From positions 333,890 to 397,889 of the forward strand of contig JBMNJI010000007.1 in the NCBI GenBank assembly GCA_050951585.1: a stretch of 64,000 nucleotides of DNA. Direction: 5' to 3'. Made by a program: the position numbers and the translations under genes. Positions 17,474-28,970 of the stretch are shown piece by piece. The stretch comes from Peptococcia bacterium (GTDB lineage: Bacteria; Bacillota; Peptococcia; DRI-13; DTU073). How positions within the stretch are numbered: the first letter of the stretch is position 1; each line of letters begins with the position of its first letter. The notes under the pieces are model-generated. The model did not search any database, had not been told where the DNA came from, and saw only the letters and a program-made list of their open reading frames with translations.

Positions 17474-18767
17474 TGGTTCCGGGGGGCTTGGAGGTAATAT
17501 CATAGACTACCCGGTTCACCTGCGGTACTTCACTGACAATTCTTCTGGAAATCGTATCCAGCAAATCATACGGCAGGCGTACCCATTCGGCGGTCATGGC
17601 ATCCTGACTGTTAACCGCCCGCAATACAATGGGATAAGCGTAGGTGCGGTGCTCTCCCTTCATGCCCACGGTTTTCACGGAAGGAAGAATCGCAAAAGAC
17701 TGCCAGATTTGCTTCTGCAGACCCGCTTTAGCAATCTCTTCCCGGACAATGGCATCAGCTTCCCGTAAAATATCCAGCTTTTCTGCGGTAATGTCGCCAA
17801 TCACCCTAACGGCGAGCCCCGGCCCGGGGAAAGGCTGACGATCAACCATTTCATCGGCCAAACCCAGCTTACGTCCGACCTGGCGCACTTCATCCTTGAA
17901 TAATTCCCGCAAAGGCTCTACCAATTGGAACCGCAAATCCTTGGGCAACCCTCCGACATTATGATGTGATTTAATGGTGGCGCCGGAGCTGGTTTCGCTT
18001 TCGATGACATCCGGGTAAATGGTGCCCTGCACCAGAAAATCGATTTGCCCTAATTTAGCCGCTTCGTCTTCAAAAACGCGAATAAACTCCGTGCCGATAA
18101 TCTTCCTTTTCTGTTCCGGATCAGTCACTCCCGCCACCTTTTCTAAAAAGCGCTGGCGGGCATCCACATAAACCAGCTTAATATGATACTTTTCCCGAAA
18201 GACGGCCTGGACCTGTTCCGGCTCACCTTTCCGCATAAAACCATGATTCACAAAAACACAGGTCAATTGATCGCCGACAGCCCGATGCACCAGAATCGCC
18301 GCCACGGAAGAATCAACCCCGCCGCTAAGGGCACAGAGCACTTTCTTCTCACCAACCTGCTTCTTAATCAATGCAACCTGTTCCTCAATAAAAGCATCCA
18401 TGGACCAACTACCTTGACATTGGCAAGCATTAAAGAGGAAGTCTTTAAGTAATTTACCCCCGTCTTCCGTTTGCCGCACCGCATCACCAGCTGCATAGGT
18501 AACTACAGGTATCCCGTAAGAGACGCTCAGCACAGGGATTTGCATCTGGCGGAACAGCTCATAAATTTCCGGATAATTCTTCTGGTATTCGAGCGCCGAC
18601 TCTCCGGATAAGATAACCCCGCCCGGCATTTTCGCCTGTATCTTCTCGGCGGATGCATTATAAGGCAGTATTTCCGAATAAACTCCAAGTTCCCGGATTT
18701 TTTTCACCAGCACCTGATTGTTCTGACCACCGAAATCCAGCACTAAAATCATTTCTTGTTTTCTCAA
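17460..18767 (-). CDS. guaA: GMP synthase with intact ATP-pyrophosphatase and dimerisation domains but a degenerate, internally deleted glutaminase domain
   Basis: 435 aa. The SGGVDSS P-loop is at residues 148-154 and the C-terminus ...[14 protein letters not shown] is canonical. The N-terminal ~115 aa resemble a class-I GATase, but the nucleophile elbow reads SVSYG (no Cys) and the His/Glu segment is missing. Confidence 0.9.
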   Translation of the reverse strand: MRKQEMILVLDFGGQNNQVLVKKIRELGVYSEILPYNASAEKIQAKMPGGVILSGESALEYQKNYPEIYELFRQMQIPVLSVSYGIPVVTYAAGDAVRQTEDGGKLLKDFLFNACQCQGSWSMDAFIEEQVALIKKQVGEKKVLCALSGGVDSSVAAILVHRAVGDQLTCVFVNHGFMRKGEPEQVQAVFREKYHIKLVYVDARQRFLEKVAGVTDPEQKRKIIGTEFIRVFEDEAAKLGQIDFLVQGTIYPDVIESETSSGATIKSHHNVGGLPKDLRFQLVEPLRELFKDEVRQVGRKLGLADEMVDRQPFPGPGLAVRVIGDITAEKLDILREADAIVREEIAKAGLQKQIWQSFAILPSVKTVGMKGEHRTYAYPIVLRAVNSQDAMTAEWVRLPYDLLDTISRRIVSEVPQVNRVVYDITSKPPGTIEWE

Positions 18768-18838
18768 AATAACTCCCTCGCCTTATTCTCAAAGATTTGC
18801 CTATACAGCCAGCACATTTATAAAATCAAAATAAAAAA

Positions 18839-19384
18839 TCAGTATAAGACTTGATAACACTCCGGTTTTAGTACTCCCACATAGGGAAGATTGCGGAAAT
18901 GGCCGTTAAAATCCAGTCCATAACCGACGACAAATTCATCCGGGATGGTAAAACCAAAATAGTCCGGCGATATATCCACTTTGCGCCGGCTCGGTTTATC
19001 GAGGAACGCACAAATTTTCAAACTGGCCGGGTGCCGGGATAATAAATTCTCTTTGATGTATGTTAAGGTTAAGCCGGTATCAATAATATCCTCGATGATT
19101 AAGACATCCTTCCCCGCTATATCTCCTTCAAGGTCCTTTAAAATGCGTACTACACCGGAAGTATGTGTGGCCTTTCCATAACTTGAAACAGCCATAAAAT
19201 CAATCTTTAAAGGGGCTTGTACTTCCCGGATTAAATCTGACAAAAAGATTACCGCCCCCTTAAGTATGCCAATCATGACAAGATCTTTTCCTAAGTAATC
19301 GGCCGAAATCCTTTGCCCTATTTCCTGCACCTTGGCCTTAATTTGCTCCTCCGAAAGCAGGATTTTGTCAATTTGAGTATGCAT
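18839..19384 (-). CDS. hpt: hypoxanthine phosphoribosyltransferase
   Basis: 181 aa with the PRPP-binding motif VLIIEDIIDTGLTL. Length and termini are typical of Hpt. Confidence 0.95.
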   Translation of the reverse strand: MHTQIDKILLSEEQIKAKVQEIGQRISADYLGKDLVMIGILKGAVIFLSDLIREVQAPLKIDFMAVSSYGKATHTSGVVRILKDLEGDIAGKDVLIIEDIIDTGLTLTYIKENLLSRHPASLKICAFLDKPSRRKVDISPDYFGFTIPDEFVVGYGLDFNGHFRNLPYVGVLKPECYQVLY

Positions 19385-19454
19385 TTACTGACCTCCTTCA
19401 AAAAAAGAAAAGCTTTTTGACAAGCTTAGCGAGGCAAAAGCAATTGCCGTTTTG

Positions 19455-19483
19455 ATTATACCAACCGGCTTTTTCCTTGTCAA
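19455..19483 (-). promoter_or_regulatory. consensus sigma-A promoter of hpt-guaA (TTGACA-17-TATAAT)
   Basis: On the minus strand, TTGACA is at 19483-19478, the spacer is exactly 17 nt, and TATAAT is at 19460-19455. It lies about 70 nt upstream of the hpt ATG. Confidence 0.65.
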
Positions 19484-19516
19484 GAAAAGCCATTTCTTTC
19501 TAAAATAAGCTATCCC

Positions 19517-20248
19517 TTACTCTAGCGGTGGTTTTAGCTCAAAAGGGACATGATAATCGAAAAATAGCACTTCAATGCTCAAAGAATGATTGACCATTTC
19601 GCGGTGTTCTGCGCTGATTCTGGCCTGACGCAGTAAACCGTCTTTTTTGTCGACCCAGAGAATATAGTTAAAATCCTGCCAAAACAGCTGCAGATACTTA
19701 TTTTCCCCTTTCGTCATAACCTCATAAACCCGGCAGGCATGCCCTGCTACTTTCTCTTTTCCGGCTTCTTTAACCTCAAAAAACCCATCAGCGAATTTAA
19801 ACACACTTAAGGGATTTAATTCGGCAATTAAGTTTTCAAGGCCAATCCGTCCTTCGGCCGGTACGGTCACCCATTTTTTCGTGTAGATATCTTTACGATA
19901 TAACTGATCACCTAAATGAATGATTTCTACTTCCGCTTTAATCAGCGGCAAAGAACCCTGTAAATACACGCCGTCCAGGCTCTTCTCCCCGCTGATTTCC
20001 GAAATAACCGCTTCCTGTCCGTCCTGAGAACGCTTCGCCGTCACCTTGAAACGATAAGTTTCCGCATTAAGGGTCTTGGTCAGGCTCTGCTTCACTGCCT
20101 CGTCAGGCGGAAGCCGATTAGCCTCCTCATAGATAAATCTTCCTCCCAAAAAAAGCAAGACAATGACGAGAGAAATAAGAAGCCATTTGGTAATACTCCT
20201 GCCCGGATTTAAGATTGAAAGAAAGCAGACCGGTCTTTTCATGCCCAT
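19517..20248 (-). CDS. membrane-anchored hypothetical protein (possible LolA-like fold)
   Basis: 243 aa. An N-terminal TM (WLLISLVIVLLFLGG) is followed by a soluble, beta-rich-looking domain. I see no diagnostic motif. Confidence 0.5.
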   Translation of the reverse strand: MGMKRPVCFLSILNPGRSITKWLLISLVIVLLFLGGRFIYEEANRLPPDEAVKQSLTKTLNAETYRFKVTAKRSQDGQEAVISEISGEKSLDGVYLQGSLPLIKAEVEIIHLGDQLYRKDIYTKKWVTVPAEGRIGLENLIAELNPLSVFKFADGFFEVKEAGKEKVAGHACRVYEVMTKGENKYLQLFWQDFNYILWVDKKDGLLRQARISAEHREMVNHSLSIEVLFFDYHVPFELKPPLE

Positions 20249-20330
20249 GCCTTTTTCACATCCTTCGTTTACCTTATTTACTCATATTTACGAAGGATGG
20301 CGTAAAAATATACCACAGGCAAGAGACAGC

Positions 20331-22730
20331 CTAACGGTCAGCTTCCAGCTTTTGCGCGGCGCGATAATACTCCATTAATTGTTGTTGGACACGTCCGAAA
20401 ACAGAATCATATGGATATTCACCCTGTTCATCCATTTGTCCGGCTGATCTGCCGGTTAAAATCTCGATTCCTTCTTCCAGAGTCTTGATGGCATATATGT
20501 GGAAACGGCCTTCCTTTACTGCTTCAACGACCTCATGATCAAGCATCAAATTCGTCACATTCTGTTCCGGAATAATTACTCCCTGTCTACCGGTTAACCC
20601 TTTGGCTTTGCAAACCTGGAAAAAGCCTTCGACTTTTTGATTTACCCCGCCAATGGGCTGAATAAAGCCTTTTTGATTGACAGAGCCGGTAACCGCAATC
20701 CCCTGATCAAGTGGTACCTGCGCCAAACTGGAGATCAGCGCATACAATTCCGCACTGGAGGCACTATCGCCATCTACGCCGTGATACAACTGTTCAAAGC
20801 AAATACTGGCCGAAAAAGAGACGGGACAATTCTTGCCAAACTTTTCACCCAGGTAACCGCTCAAAATTAACACACCCTTGTCATGAATCGCGCCGCTCAT
20901 TTTTACTTCTCTCTCAATATTAATAATGCCCCTGCGTCCTAAATAAGTACTGACGGTAATGCGAGTCGGTTTCCCAAAAGCATATTCACCGGTATCAAGA
21001 ACCGCCAGCCCGTTAATCTGTCCGATCACTCTACTCTCCGTATCGATCAGAACAGCACCTTTGATAATCATTTCGTGCATTTTCTTTTCGTACTTATTGG
21101 AACGATAGGTTTTTTCCCAAATCGCCTTATTTACGTACTCGGGCGTCACTAAAGGAACCCCGTCCTGCTCTGCCCAGGCGTCAGCCTCATAAATGATCTC
21201 CACTAATTCATTAAAACGGGTCGAGAGTTTATCTTGATTATCCGCCAAACGAGAGCTGTACTCCACAATCTGCCCCACTGCCTCCCGCGTAAAATGACGG
21301 ATGTTTTCCTTCTCGCAATGGTCGCTGATAAAACGCGCCAATTTATACATATGCTCTTCACTGCGTTCCATTTCCACATCAAAATCAACCATGATTTTAA
21401 AGAGCTTACTAAAATCCTCGTCGTAATGATATAACATGCTGTATTCACTGTAGCTGCCAATCATAATGATTTTTACATTTAAAGGAATCGGCTCCGGCTT
21501 TAATGATGATGTGGCAATTAAGCCCATCTGATCCCGCAGACTTTCCATCTGAATCCGCTCGGTTTTTAAACACCGCTTCAAAGCATCCCAACAATATGGA
21601 TTAATCAACACATCTTTACATCTTAAGAGTAAATAACCGCCGTTGGCCTGATGAAGACAGCCACTCTTGATTTTCATAAAATCGGTGGTTAAAACGCCCA
21701 TCTGGTTTTCATATTCAATGCGGCCCAGAAGATTATAAAAAGTAGGGTTGGCCTCACAGATCACCGGCGCGCCATTTGTCTTTTCGTGCGAAACCAAAAC
21801 ATTGACCTGATACCTTTGAAAAATATCCTTTGTCGGAACATCCTTCAAGAGTATCAGCTCTAAATTTGTTCTTTGTTCGTTTCCTTTAAACTCCTTACTG
21901 TTTTTTAAAAGATCCTGCTGGATCGCGTCTAAATGCGCCAGAATAACTGCGTTATCCGCATATTTTGTCCTTAAGTTGCCAAAAATTAAGTCGATTTTCT
22001 GCAAAATAGTTGTATTCTCTAATTCCTCTATCTCCGTTTCTATTTTTAGCTCAAATTCACGTAAATTCTTGAAGGCATCAAGAATTAAATAATTCAGCTT
22101 TTTGGAATTCACTTCGATAACTTCATTTTCTTCCGGATTCAAGCTTTGGTACTCGTCTTCCTCCATCGGCTTACCTTCCCCGTTCAAAGGAATCGTCACC
22201 AACCCTTTATCGGAAGATTTGAGAGCAAAGCCAAGTTCCTTCGCTGTCTTGTTGATATAGTTTTGCACATCATTTTGTTGATTCTGTAACTTTTGCAGTA
22301 AAACAGTCTTCGCTTTTTGATGATCATCTTCTTCCAAGGTACGGGGTATCTCCTCTTTGACCCGCGCGATCACTGCTTGGATGTCTTCGGCGAATTCGAC
22401 GGCCTTTCCGGCCGGAAAAGATACTGCTTTGGGCTGATCGGGATTGCTAAAATTATAAAGATAACACCAATCGCAGGGTTTTTCGCGCCCGGCCGCTAAT
22501 TTGTTAACGAGGGACTTGGCATAACTGTTTCTGCCCGTACCCGTAACACCGGCAATAAAAATGTTATAACCTTCTTTATTTATATTCAGTCCAAACTCCA
22601 GTGCCCTTACTGCACGCTCCTGTCCGATAATCCCTTCAAGGGGCAAAATATCCGCAGTAGAGGCAAACGGAAAAACATCACAGTCACAGACCTTGCGCAG
22701 TTGTTCAACCTGTACCTTATACTTTTCCAT
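20331..22730 (-). CDS. Lon-related protease (COG1067-type, AAA-like N-terminal domain plus Lon S16 protease domain)
   Basis: 799 aa. N-terminus LEGIIGQERAVRALEFGL...FIAGVTGTGRNS (P-loop with Arg in place of Lys). The C-terminal Lon proteolytic domain carries VDGDSAS (Ser) and IGGVNQK (Lys). Confidence 0.85.
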   Translation of the reverse strand: MEKYKVQVEQLRKVCDCDVFPFASTADILPLEGIIGQERAVRALEFGLNINKEGYNIFIAGVTGTGRNSYAKSLVNKLAAGREKPCDWCYLYNFSNPDQPKAVSFPAGKAVEFAEDIQAVIARVKEEIPRTLEEDDHQKAKTVLLQKLQNQQNDVQNYINKTAKELGFALKSSDKGLVTIPLNGEGKPMEEDEYQSLNPEENEVIEVNSKKLNYLILDAFKNLREFELKIETEIEELENTTILQKIDLIFGNLRTKYADNAVILAHLDAIQQDLLKNSKEFKGNEQRTNLELILLKDVPTKDIFQRYQVNVLVSHEKTNGAPVICEANPTFYNLLGRIEYENQMGVLTTDFMKIKSGCLHQANGGYLLLRCKDVLINPYCWDALKRCLKTERIQMESLRDQMGLIATSSLKPEPIPLNVKIIMIGSYSEYSMLYHYDEDFSKLFKIMVDFDVEMERSEEHMYKLARFISDHCEKENIRHFTREAVGQIVEYSSRLADNQDKLSTRFNELVEIIYEADAWAEQDGVPLVTPEYVNKAIWEKTYRSNKYEKKMHEMIIKGAVLIDTESRVIGQINGLAVLDTGEYAFGKPTRITVSTYLGRRGIINIEREVKMSGAIHDKGVLILSGYLGEKFGKNCPVSFSASICFEQLYHGVDGDSASSAELYALISSLAQVPLDQGIAVTGSVNQKGFIQPIGGVNQKVEGFFQVCKAKGLTGRQGVIIPEQNVTNLMLDHEVVEAVKEGRFHIYAIKTLEEGIEILTGRSAGQMDEQGEYPYDSVFGRVQQQLMEYYRAAQKLEADR

Positions 22731-23012
22731 GAATCTATTAATTCTCCTCTCTCAAAATCTATCTCTTTTATTCTATCTTTATTTATTTCTTATTTATTTC
22801 GCATTGCATTGTCTTCTTCCTACTTTTGTTCTACAAATTTGTGATATTCCCTTCAAAAAGTATCAGTTTTTTTGATTTTTTCTAAATAGCGTTCCCCTTA
22901 CTGTAATATATTATATATTACCTCAAAAATATATTAAATTTCGGCAGGATTTTGTATAACATTTCTCGAATTTTATAAAAGTGTATACTAATAAAGAGGT
23001 GAATTTGTGACA

Positions 23013-23807
23013 ATGGATATTGCATCGGTATTAGGTATAATTATAGCTGTGGGTGGCTGTTTGGCTGGATATATGGAAGAAGGCGGCGCCATAAGAGGTC
23101 TGCTTAGTCTTTCTTCGGGGCTCATCGTACTCGGTGCAACAATTGGAGCCACATTTCTTTCCGTGCCAATGAAATCAATTAAAGAACTCCCGAAGCTGGT
23201 GAAAATTGTTTTTTTTGAACAGCGTATCGATTACACGGAACTGATAGAGAAAATCACCGAGCTGGCCGGTATCGCCCGTAAAGAAGGTATCCTGGCTTTA
23301 GAATCGAAAACTAAAGATATGGACAATAAATTTCTGGCCAACGGACTGAATATGGTTATTGACGGCATGGATAAAGAATCAATTCAAAGTATTATCGAAG
23401 TTGAAATAAATGCTATTACCACAAGGCATTCCAGACGGGCAAAGGTTTTCGAGGTCGCCGGCGGCTATTGTCCGACGATGGGTATTTTAGGTACTGTCAT
23501 GAGTATGATCTCTATTCTGAAAGATTTAAGTGATCCCGGGTCTTTAGGCCCTAAGATAGCGATGGCCTTCACAGCTACATTATACGGCGTCGGCTTTGCA
23601 AACGTGCTTTTTTTACCGATGGCTGAAAAATTAAAAAGCAAATCGCAAGATGAAATGATTAGCCTGGAAATGATCATGGAAGGCATTCTCTCGATTCAGG
23701 CTGGCGAAAGCCCGAAAATAATTAAAGAAAAATTGCTGGTCTTCACTAATGAAGCGCGCAATTCTGTGTCAGAGGAGAAGAAAAATGGCCAAGAAGAAAA
23801 AGCTTGA
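23013..23807 (+). CDS. motA: flagellar motor stator protein MotA
   Basis: MotA/TolQ/ExbB family, including ...MGILGTVMSMISIL...AMAFTATLYGVGFANVLFLPMAEKL. I prefer the ATG at 23013 (AGAGGTGA upstream) to the GTG at 23007. Confidence 0.9.
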   Translation: MDIASVLGIIIAVGGCLAGYMEEGGAIRGLLSLSSGLIVLGATIGATFLSVPMKSIKELPKLVKIVFFEQRIDYTELIEKITELAGIARKEGILALESKTKDMDNKFLANGLNMVIDGMDKESIQSIIEVEINAITTRHSRRAKVFEVAGGYCPTMGILGTVMSMISILKDLSDPGSLGPKIAMAFTATLYGVGFANVLFLPMAEKLKSKSQDEMISLEMIMEGILSIQAGESPKIIKEKLLVFTNEARNSVSEEKKNGQEEKA

Positions 23808-24537
23808 AGAGGGTCATAGCAATGCGGAACGTTGGCTGGTTTCCTATGCTGACTTTATGACATTGCTCTTTATCCTCTTTATTATTCTTTTTTCTTTTAG
23901 TCAAATTGACGCGAAGAAATACCAGGAAGTGGCGGCTTCTTTGGCTGCTGAGTTTTCCGGAAACGGCAAAATTGCCGGCGGCGGGAATCCGGTCATGAAG
24001 ATGCCGGGCGCAGGTCCCAATGACGGTACAGGATCCGGAGATTTGGGCTTAACGGCTGAGGAAAAAGAAAAAAAGGCTTTAGAGCGGCTGTCTGAAGAAA
24101 TTGAAAAGTATGCAGAAAACAAAGGAGTTAGTGCCTATATCCATCTTCAATATAACGAACGCGGTTTATCCATTTCCATTACGGGTACAGTGCTCTACGA
24201 AGATGCCAGTGCTACCTTAACTCCACCGGCTAAAGAGTTTATCAAAGTAATATCCGACCATCTCAAAACGCTACCTAATCATATTCGCGTCGAAGGTCAT
24301 ACTGATAACAGACCGATTAGTACCGCAGAATTTCCCTCTAACTGGGAGTTATCAGCGGCCCGTTCGGTAAACCTGGTTCGTTATTTTATCGAAGAGCTAG
24401 CATTTGATCCGACCCGTCTTTCCGTGGCCGGCTATAGTGAATACCGGCCGGTAGCTCCTAATGAAACTGTCGAAGGACAAAATCAAAACCGGAGAGTTGA
24501 GATTATTATCTTAAAAGCAGACGATGTATTTCAGTGA
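23785..24537 (+). CDS. motB: flagellar motor stator protein MotB (OmpA-like)
   Basis: Contains WLVSYADFMTLLF (plug/TM with Asp) and a C-terminal OmpA-like domain (GHTDNRPI...NWELSAARS...NRRVEI). The ATG at 23785 is preceded by AGGAGAAG. The gene overlaps the end of motA. Confidence 0.9.
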   Translation: MAKKKKLEEGHSNAERWLVSYADFMTLLFILFIILFSFSQIDAKKYQEVAASLAAEFSGNGKIAGGGNPVMKMPGAGPNDGTGSGDLGLTAEEKEKKALERLSEEIEKYAENKGVSAYIHLQYNERGLSISITGTVLYEDASATLTPPAKEFIKVISDHLKTLPNHIRVEGHTDNRPISTAEFPSNWELSAARSVNLVRYFIEELAFDPTRLSVAGYSEYRPVAPNETVEGQNQNRRVEIIILKADDVFQ

Positions 24538-24610
24538 TGAATTAATTAACAGCCTTCGTTACACTGATGCATCACCTAAAGCAGCAACTTCCCACTATGG
24601 TAAAATGCTA

Positions 24611-24665
24611 AGAAGCACGCCTTATGAGCTTAATAATAAGCTCTCGGCGTGCTTCTTTGTTTGAT
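24611..24665 (+). terminator. rho-independent terminator of motAB
   Basis: An AGAAGCACGCC...GGCGUGCUUCU stem encloses an inner hairpin and is followed by UUGUUUG. Confidence 0.7.
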
Positions 24666-24685
24666 ATTACTACTTACAGCTGCTT

Positions 24686-25123
24686 TTACATCTGGGGGCG
24701 ACTGGGCGCAGAAATACCTGATAAAGCTCTTTCGGCGGCTTGGTCAAAACGATTATGCACGGCCATATCACCTAAAGAAACAAAGCCAACCAGTTTACGG
24801 TCTTCTACTACGGGTAGTCGGCGTAACTGCAAATCACCCATTAGATCAAGCGCAGACTCTACCTCCATGTCTGTTTTACCCACGACAAGTCTGTCGGTCA
24901 TAATCTCCCGGCATTTGATGCGGTGCGGGTCTTTTCCCTCGCAGACTACCCGTAAGACGATATCACGGTCGGTCACAATTCCTTCTACGTCCATATTATC
25001 CTTACATATAGGCACGGAACCAATATTTTTATCTTTCATAATCTGGGCAGCATCAAAAACAGATGTATCGGGTGACACCGCTATCACATCATTGGTCATG
25101 ATTTCTTTCAGCTTCAACTGCAA
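24686..25123 (-). CDS. CBS domain pair protein
   Basis: 145 aa with two CBS motifs (IMTNDVIAVSPDTSVFDAAQIM... and IMTDRLVVGKTDMEVESALDLM...). Confidence 0.85.
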   Translation of the reverse strand: MQLKLKEIMTNDVIAVSPDTSVFDAAQIMKDKNIGSVPICKDNMDVEGIVTDRDIVLRVVCEGKDPHRIKCREIMTDRLVVGKTDMEVESALDLMGDLQLRRLPVVEDRKLVGFVSLGDMAVHNRFDQAAERALSGISAPSRPQM

Positions 25124-25196
25124 ACCTCCTTCTGATGATTATTCATTTTGGCCCTTTCTCTATTATAGGATATCCCGTTTTTGAAAATAAATGATA

Positions 25197-25250
25197 CAAA
25201 AAAAGAGGCTCTCCAAATAGTTCACTGAACTAATGGAAAGCCTCTTTTTT
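25197..25250. terminator. bidirectional hairpin terminator
   Basis: A-run, then AGAGGCU...AGCCUCU with an inner TAGTTCA/TGAACTA stem, then a T-run. This is the second terminator downstream of groEL. Confidence 0.6.
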
Positions 25251-25284
25251 AAAAGCTCCATGCGTTACTTTTATCCCCGGATTA

Positions 25285-25317
25285 TATAAAAAGAACCCTT
25301 GCCGTCGCAAGGGTTCT
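25285..25317 (-). terminator. rho-independent terminator of groESL
   Basis: On the minus strand, AAGAACCCUUGC-GACG-GCAAGGGUUCUU is followed by UUUAUAU. It begins 9 nt after the groEL stop. Confidence 0.8.
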
Positions 25318-25325
25318 TCGTTCTG

Positions 25326-26993
<1,668 letters not shown>

Positions 26994-27001
26994 TTAAAAT
27001 A

Positions 27002-27289
27002 TTAAATAACCGCGTGAATATCTCTTTCATTAAGAATCAAAACTTCCTCATTATCCAGCTTCACTTCAGTGCCGGCATATTTGGAGAAGATTACTTTATC
27101 TCCCACCTTGACTTCTAAGGGTACCTTTTGCCCGTTTTCTAATGTCCGGCCGGAACCTACCGCTAATACTTCACCCTGTTGCGGTTTTTCTTTCGCCGCC
27201 GTATCCGGGATCACAATTCCGCTCTTCGTTTTTTCCTCCTGCGCTAATGGTTTTACTACAACTCTGTCGCCGAGAGGCCTGATGTTCAT
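27002..27289 (-). CDS. groES: co-chaperonin GroES
   Basis: 95 aa. [14 protein letters not shown]...[21 protein letters not shown]. Confidence 0.98.
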   Translation of the reverse strand: MNIRPLGDRVVVKPLAQEEKTKSGIVIPDTAAKEKPQQGEVLAVGSGRTLENGQKVPLEVKVGDKVIFSKYAGTEVKLDNEEVLILNERDIHAVI

Positions 27290-27327
27290 CTATACTACCT
27301 CCTTAAATAATTATAATTATTATCTTG

Positions 27328-27354
27328 TTAGCACTCAATGTTGTTGAGTGCTAA
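27328..27354. promoter_or_regulatory. CIRCE operator (HrcA binding site)
   Basis: TTAGCACTC-aatgttgtt-GAGTGCTAA is a perfect match to the consensus TTAGCACTC-N9-GAGTGCTAA. It lies 39 nt upstream of groES. Confidence 0.95.
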
Positions 27355-27696
27355 TATACAATATTAATAATAGTCAAGGTGCCATGAGAAGGCAACTTTC
27401 ATAATTAACCAATATGTCGGTTTTTCAGTGATAAAAGTTATTTTCCTTTAGATATCTCTCTATTGCTTCATTTCCCTTTTGCGATGTGCTAATACATGGG
27501 GATTTTTCCCTCATCCTCTACTTAATATATCTCCACTGCATTCCTTCTTTATACACACCAGCTAAAAAAGAGGGAAGGCGAATATTTTTCTTCCGGACAC
27601 ACTGAATATCGACATAGTTTATGTCATTTTGTCAGAGAATCGGCTATAATGATAATTAGCGGAATTATTCCCAGTCTTAGAGAAAGGAGTATTCTT

Positions 27697-28284
27697 ATGA
27701 ATAGTGGTAAAAGCGAACTCCGTTCAAAGATGCTGGAAAAACGTTCTGGTTTATCCTGGCAGGATGTGCAAATAAAAAGTCATGCCATCAATGAAGCGCT
27801 CTTTGCCCAAAGCTTTTTTATAAATGCGAAAACAATGCTCATTTACCTTCCCATTAAAAAAGAACCGAACAGTCTGCCCATCATTAAAAATGCCTGGAAA
27901 ATGGAGAAAGAGGTCCTGGTTCCTGTTACCATTCCAGAAAAAAAAGAACTGCTCCTCTCGCGCTTGGACAGCCTCAAAGATCTTACGGAAGGATATCATG
28001 GTATTCCTGAACCGAAAAAAAGCTGTCTCCGTCCGGTCGAACCACACAAGGTAGATCTCTGCCTCCTCCCGGGAGTAGCCTTTGACACTAATGGCTATCG
28101 TCTGGGCTACGGCGGCGGCTACTTCGACCGTTTTCTCCCCACTCTGCGCCCCGATTGTCTGAAAATCGCTCTGGCCTACGATTTTCAGATTCTCGAATTC
28201 TTAGCGCATTTACCCCATGATATTCCCGTCGATATAATTATTACTGAATCGGCCGTCTATCATTGCACACAAGAAATTACTTAA
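27697..28284 (+). CDS. 5-formyltetrahydrofolate cyclo-ligase
   Basis: Contains KSELRSKMLEKRSGL..., ...GIPEP... and GYGGGYFDRFL, typical of MTHFS. The ATG at 27697 is preceded by AAAGGAG. Confidence 0.85.
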   Translation: MNSGKSELRSKMLEKRSGLSWQDVQIKSHAINEALFAQSFFINAKTMLIYLPIKKEPNSLPIIKNAWKMEKEVLVPVTIPEKKELLLSRLDSLKDLTEGYHGIPEPKKSCLRPVEPHKVDLCLLPGVAFDTNGYRLGYGGGYFDRFLPTLRPDCLKIALAYDFQILEFLAHLPHDIPVDIIITESAVYHCTQEIT

Positions 28285-28361
28285 GAAGTATCCTGACATA
28301 TCTTTAAAACTACACAGTCAACACAAGATGTAACTAAAGCCTGACTAAGGAGATTAATCCT

Positions 28362-28832
28362 TTAGTTGGGCTTTTTCACTTTTACGATCATTTCGATTTC
28401 ACATGCCGAATCCAGTGGCAGACTCCCGACACCAACGGCACTTCTGGCATGAGCCCCCTTCTTTCCGAACAGTTCCCCTAATAATTCGGAGGCTCCGTTC
28501 ACTACCTGGGGTTGGGCTGTAAAATCGGGAGCAGAATTAACAAAACCTACTACCTTGACAATTTGCTCAACCTTCTCCAGGTCCCCCACAAAACTCTTGA
28601 CAACACCCAAACAATTCAAGGCACAAATTTTAGCGGCTTCTTGGGCTTTTTCCAAAGGAAGATCAAGCCCCGCTTTTCCTTTGTATTTGACTTCCCCATT
28701 TACTAAGGGAATCTGCCCTGAAGTATAAATATAGTCGTCGGCCCTCACTCCCGGAACATATGCCGCAACCGGTGCAGGGGCTTCCGGAATACTTAGTCCC
28801 ATTTCTTTTAACCTCTTCTCAATATCAGACAT
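28362..28832 (-). CDS. RidA/YjgF family protein
   Basis: 156 aa with the YjgF/chorismate-mutase-like fold signature (...YIYTSGQIPL...ARSAVGVGSLPLDSACEIEMIV). Confidence 0.88.
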   Translation of the reverse strand: MSDIEKRLKEMGLSIPEAPAPVAAYVPGVRADDYIYTSGQIPLVNGEVKYKGKAGLDLPLEKAQEAAKICALNCLGVVKSFVGDLEKVEQIVKVVGFVNSAPDFTAQPQVVNGASELLGELFGKKGAHARSAVGVGSLPLDSACEIEMIVKVKKPN

Positions 28833-28970
28833 TTTTCTTCACACCTTTCTCCGCTCAATCTTTAATGTATATCTCAGATGAATAATAAATATATATGTAT
28901 AATATTACCACAATGATTTCTTTTTAGTTCGAGATTTTTGGGTTACGGCAAAAACAGAACATATGTACAA

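Noticed and set aside
22731-23006. A sigma-D (TAAA-N15-GCCGATAT) promoter upstream of motA.
   Set aside because: The best candidates (TAAA..TGTAATAT and TAAA..TATAAC) match the -10 poorly, so I make no call.
24624-25184. 186-aa plus-strand ORF.
   Set aside because: It is antisense to the well-supported CBS-domain gene. It is low-complexity (Ser/Thr/Arg-rich) and begins inside the motAB terminator.
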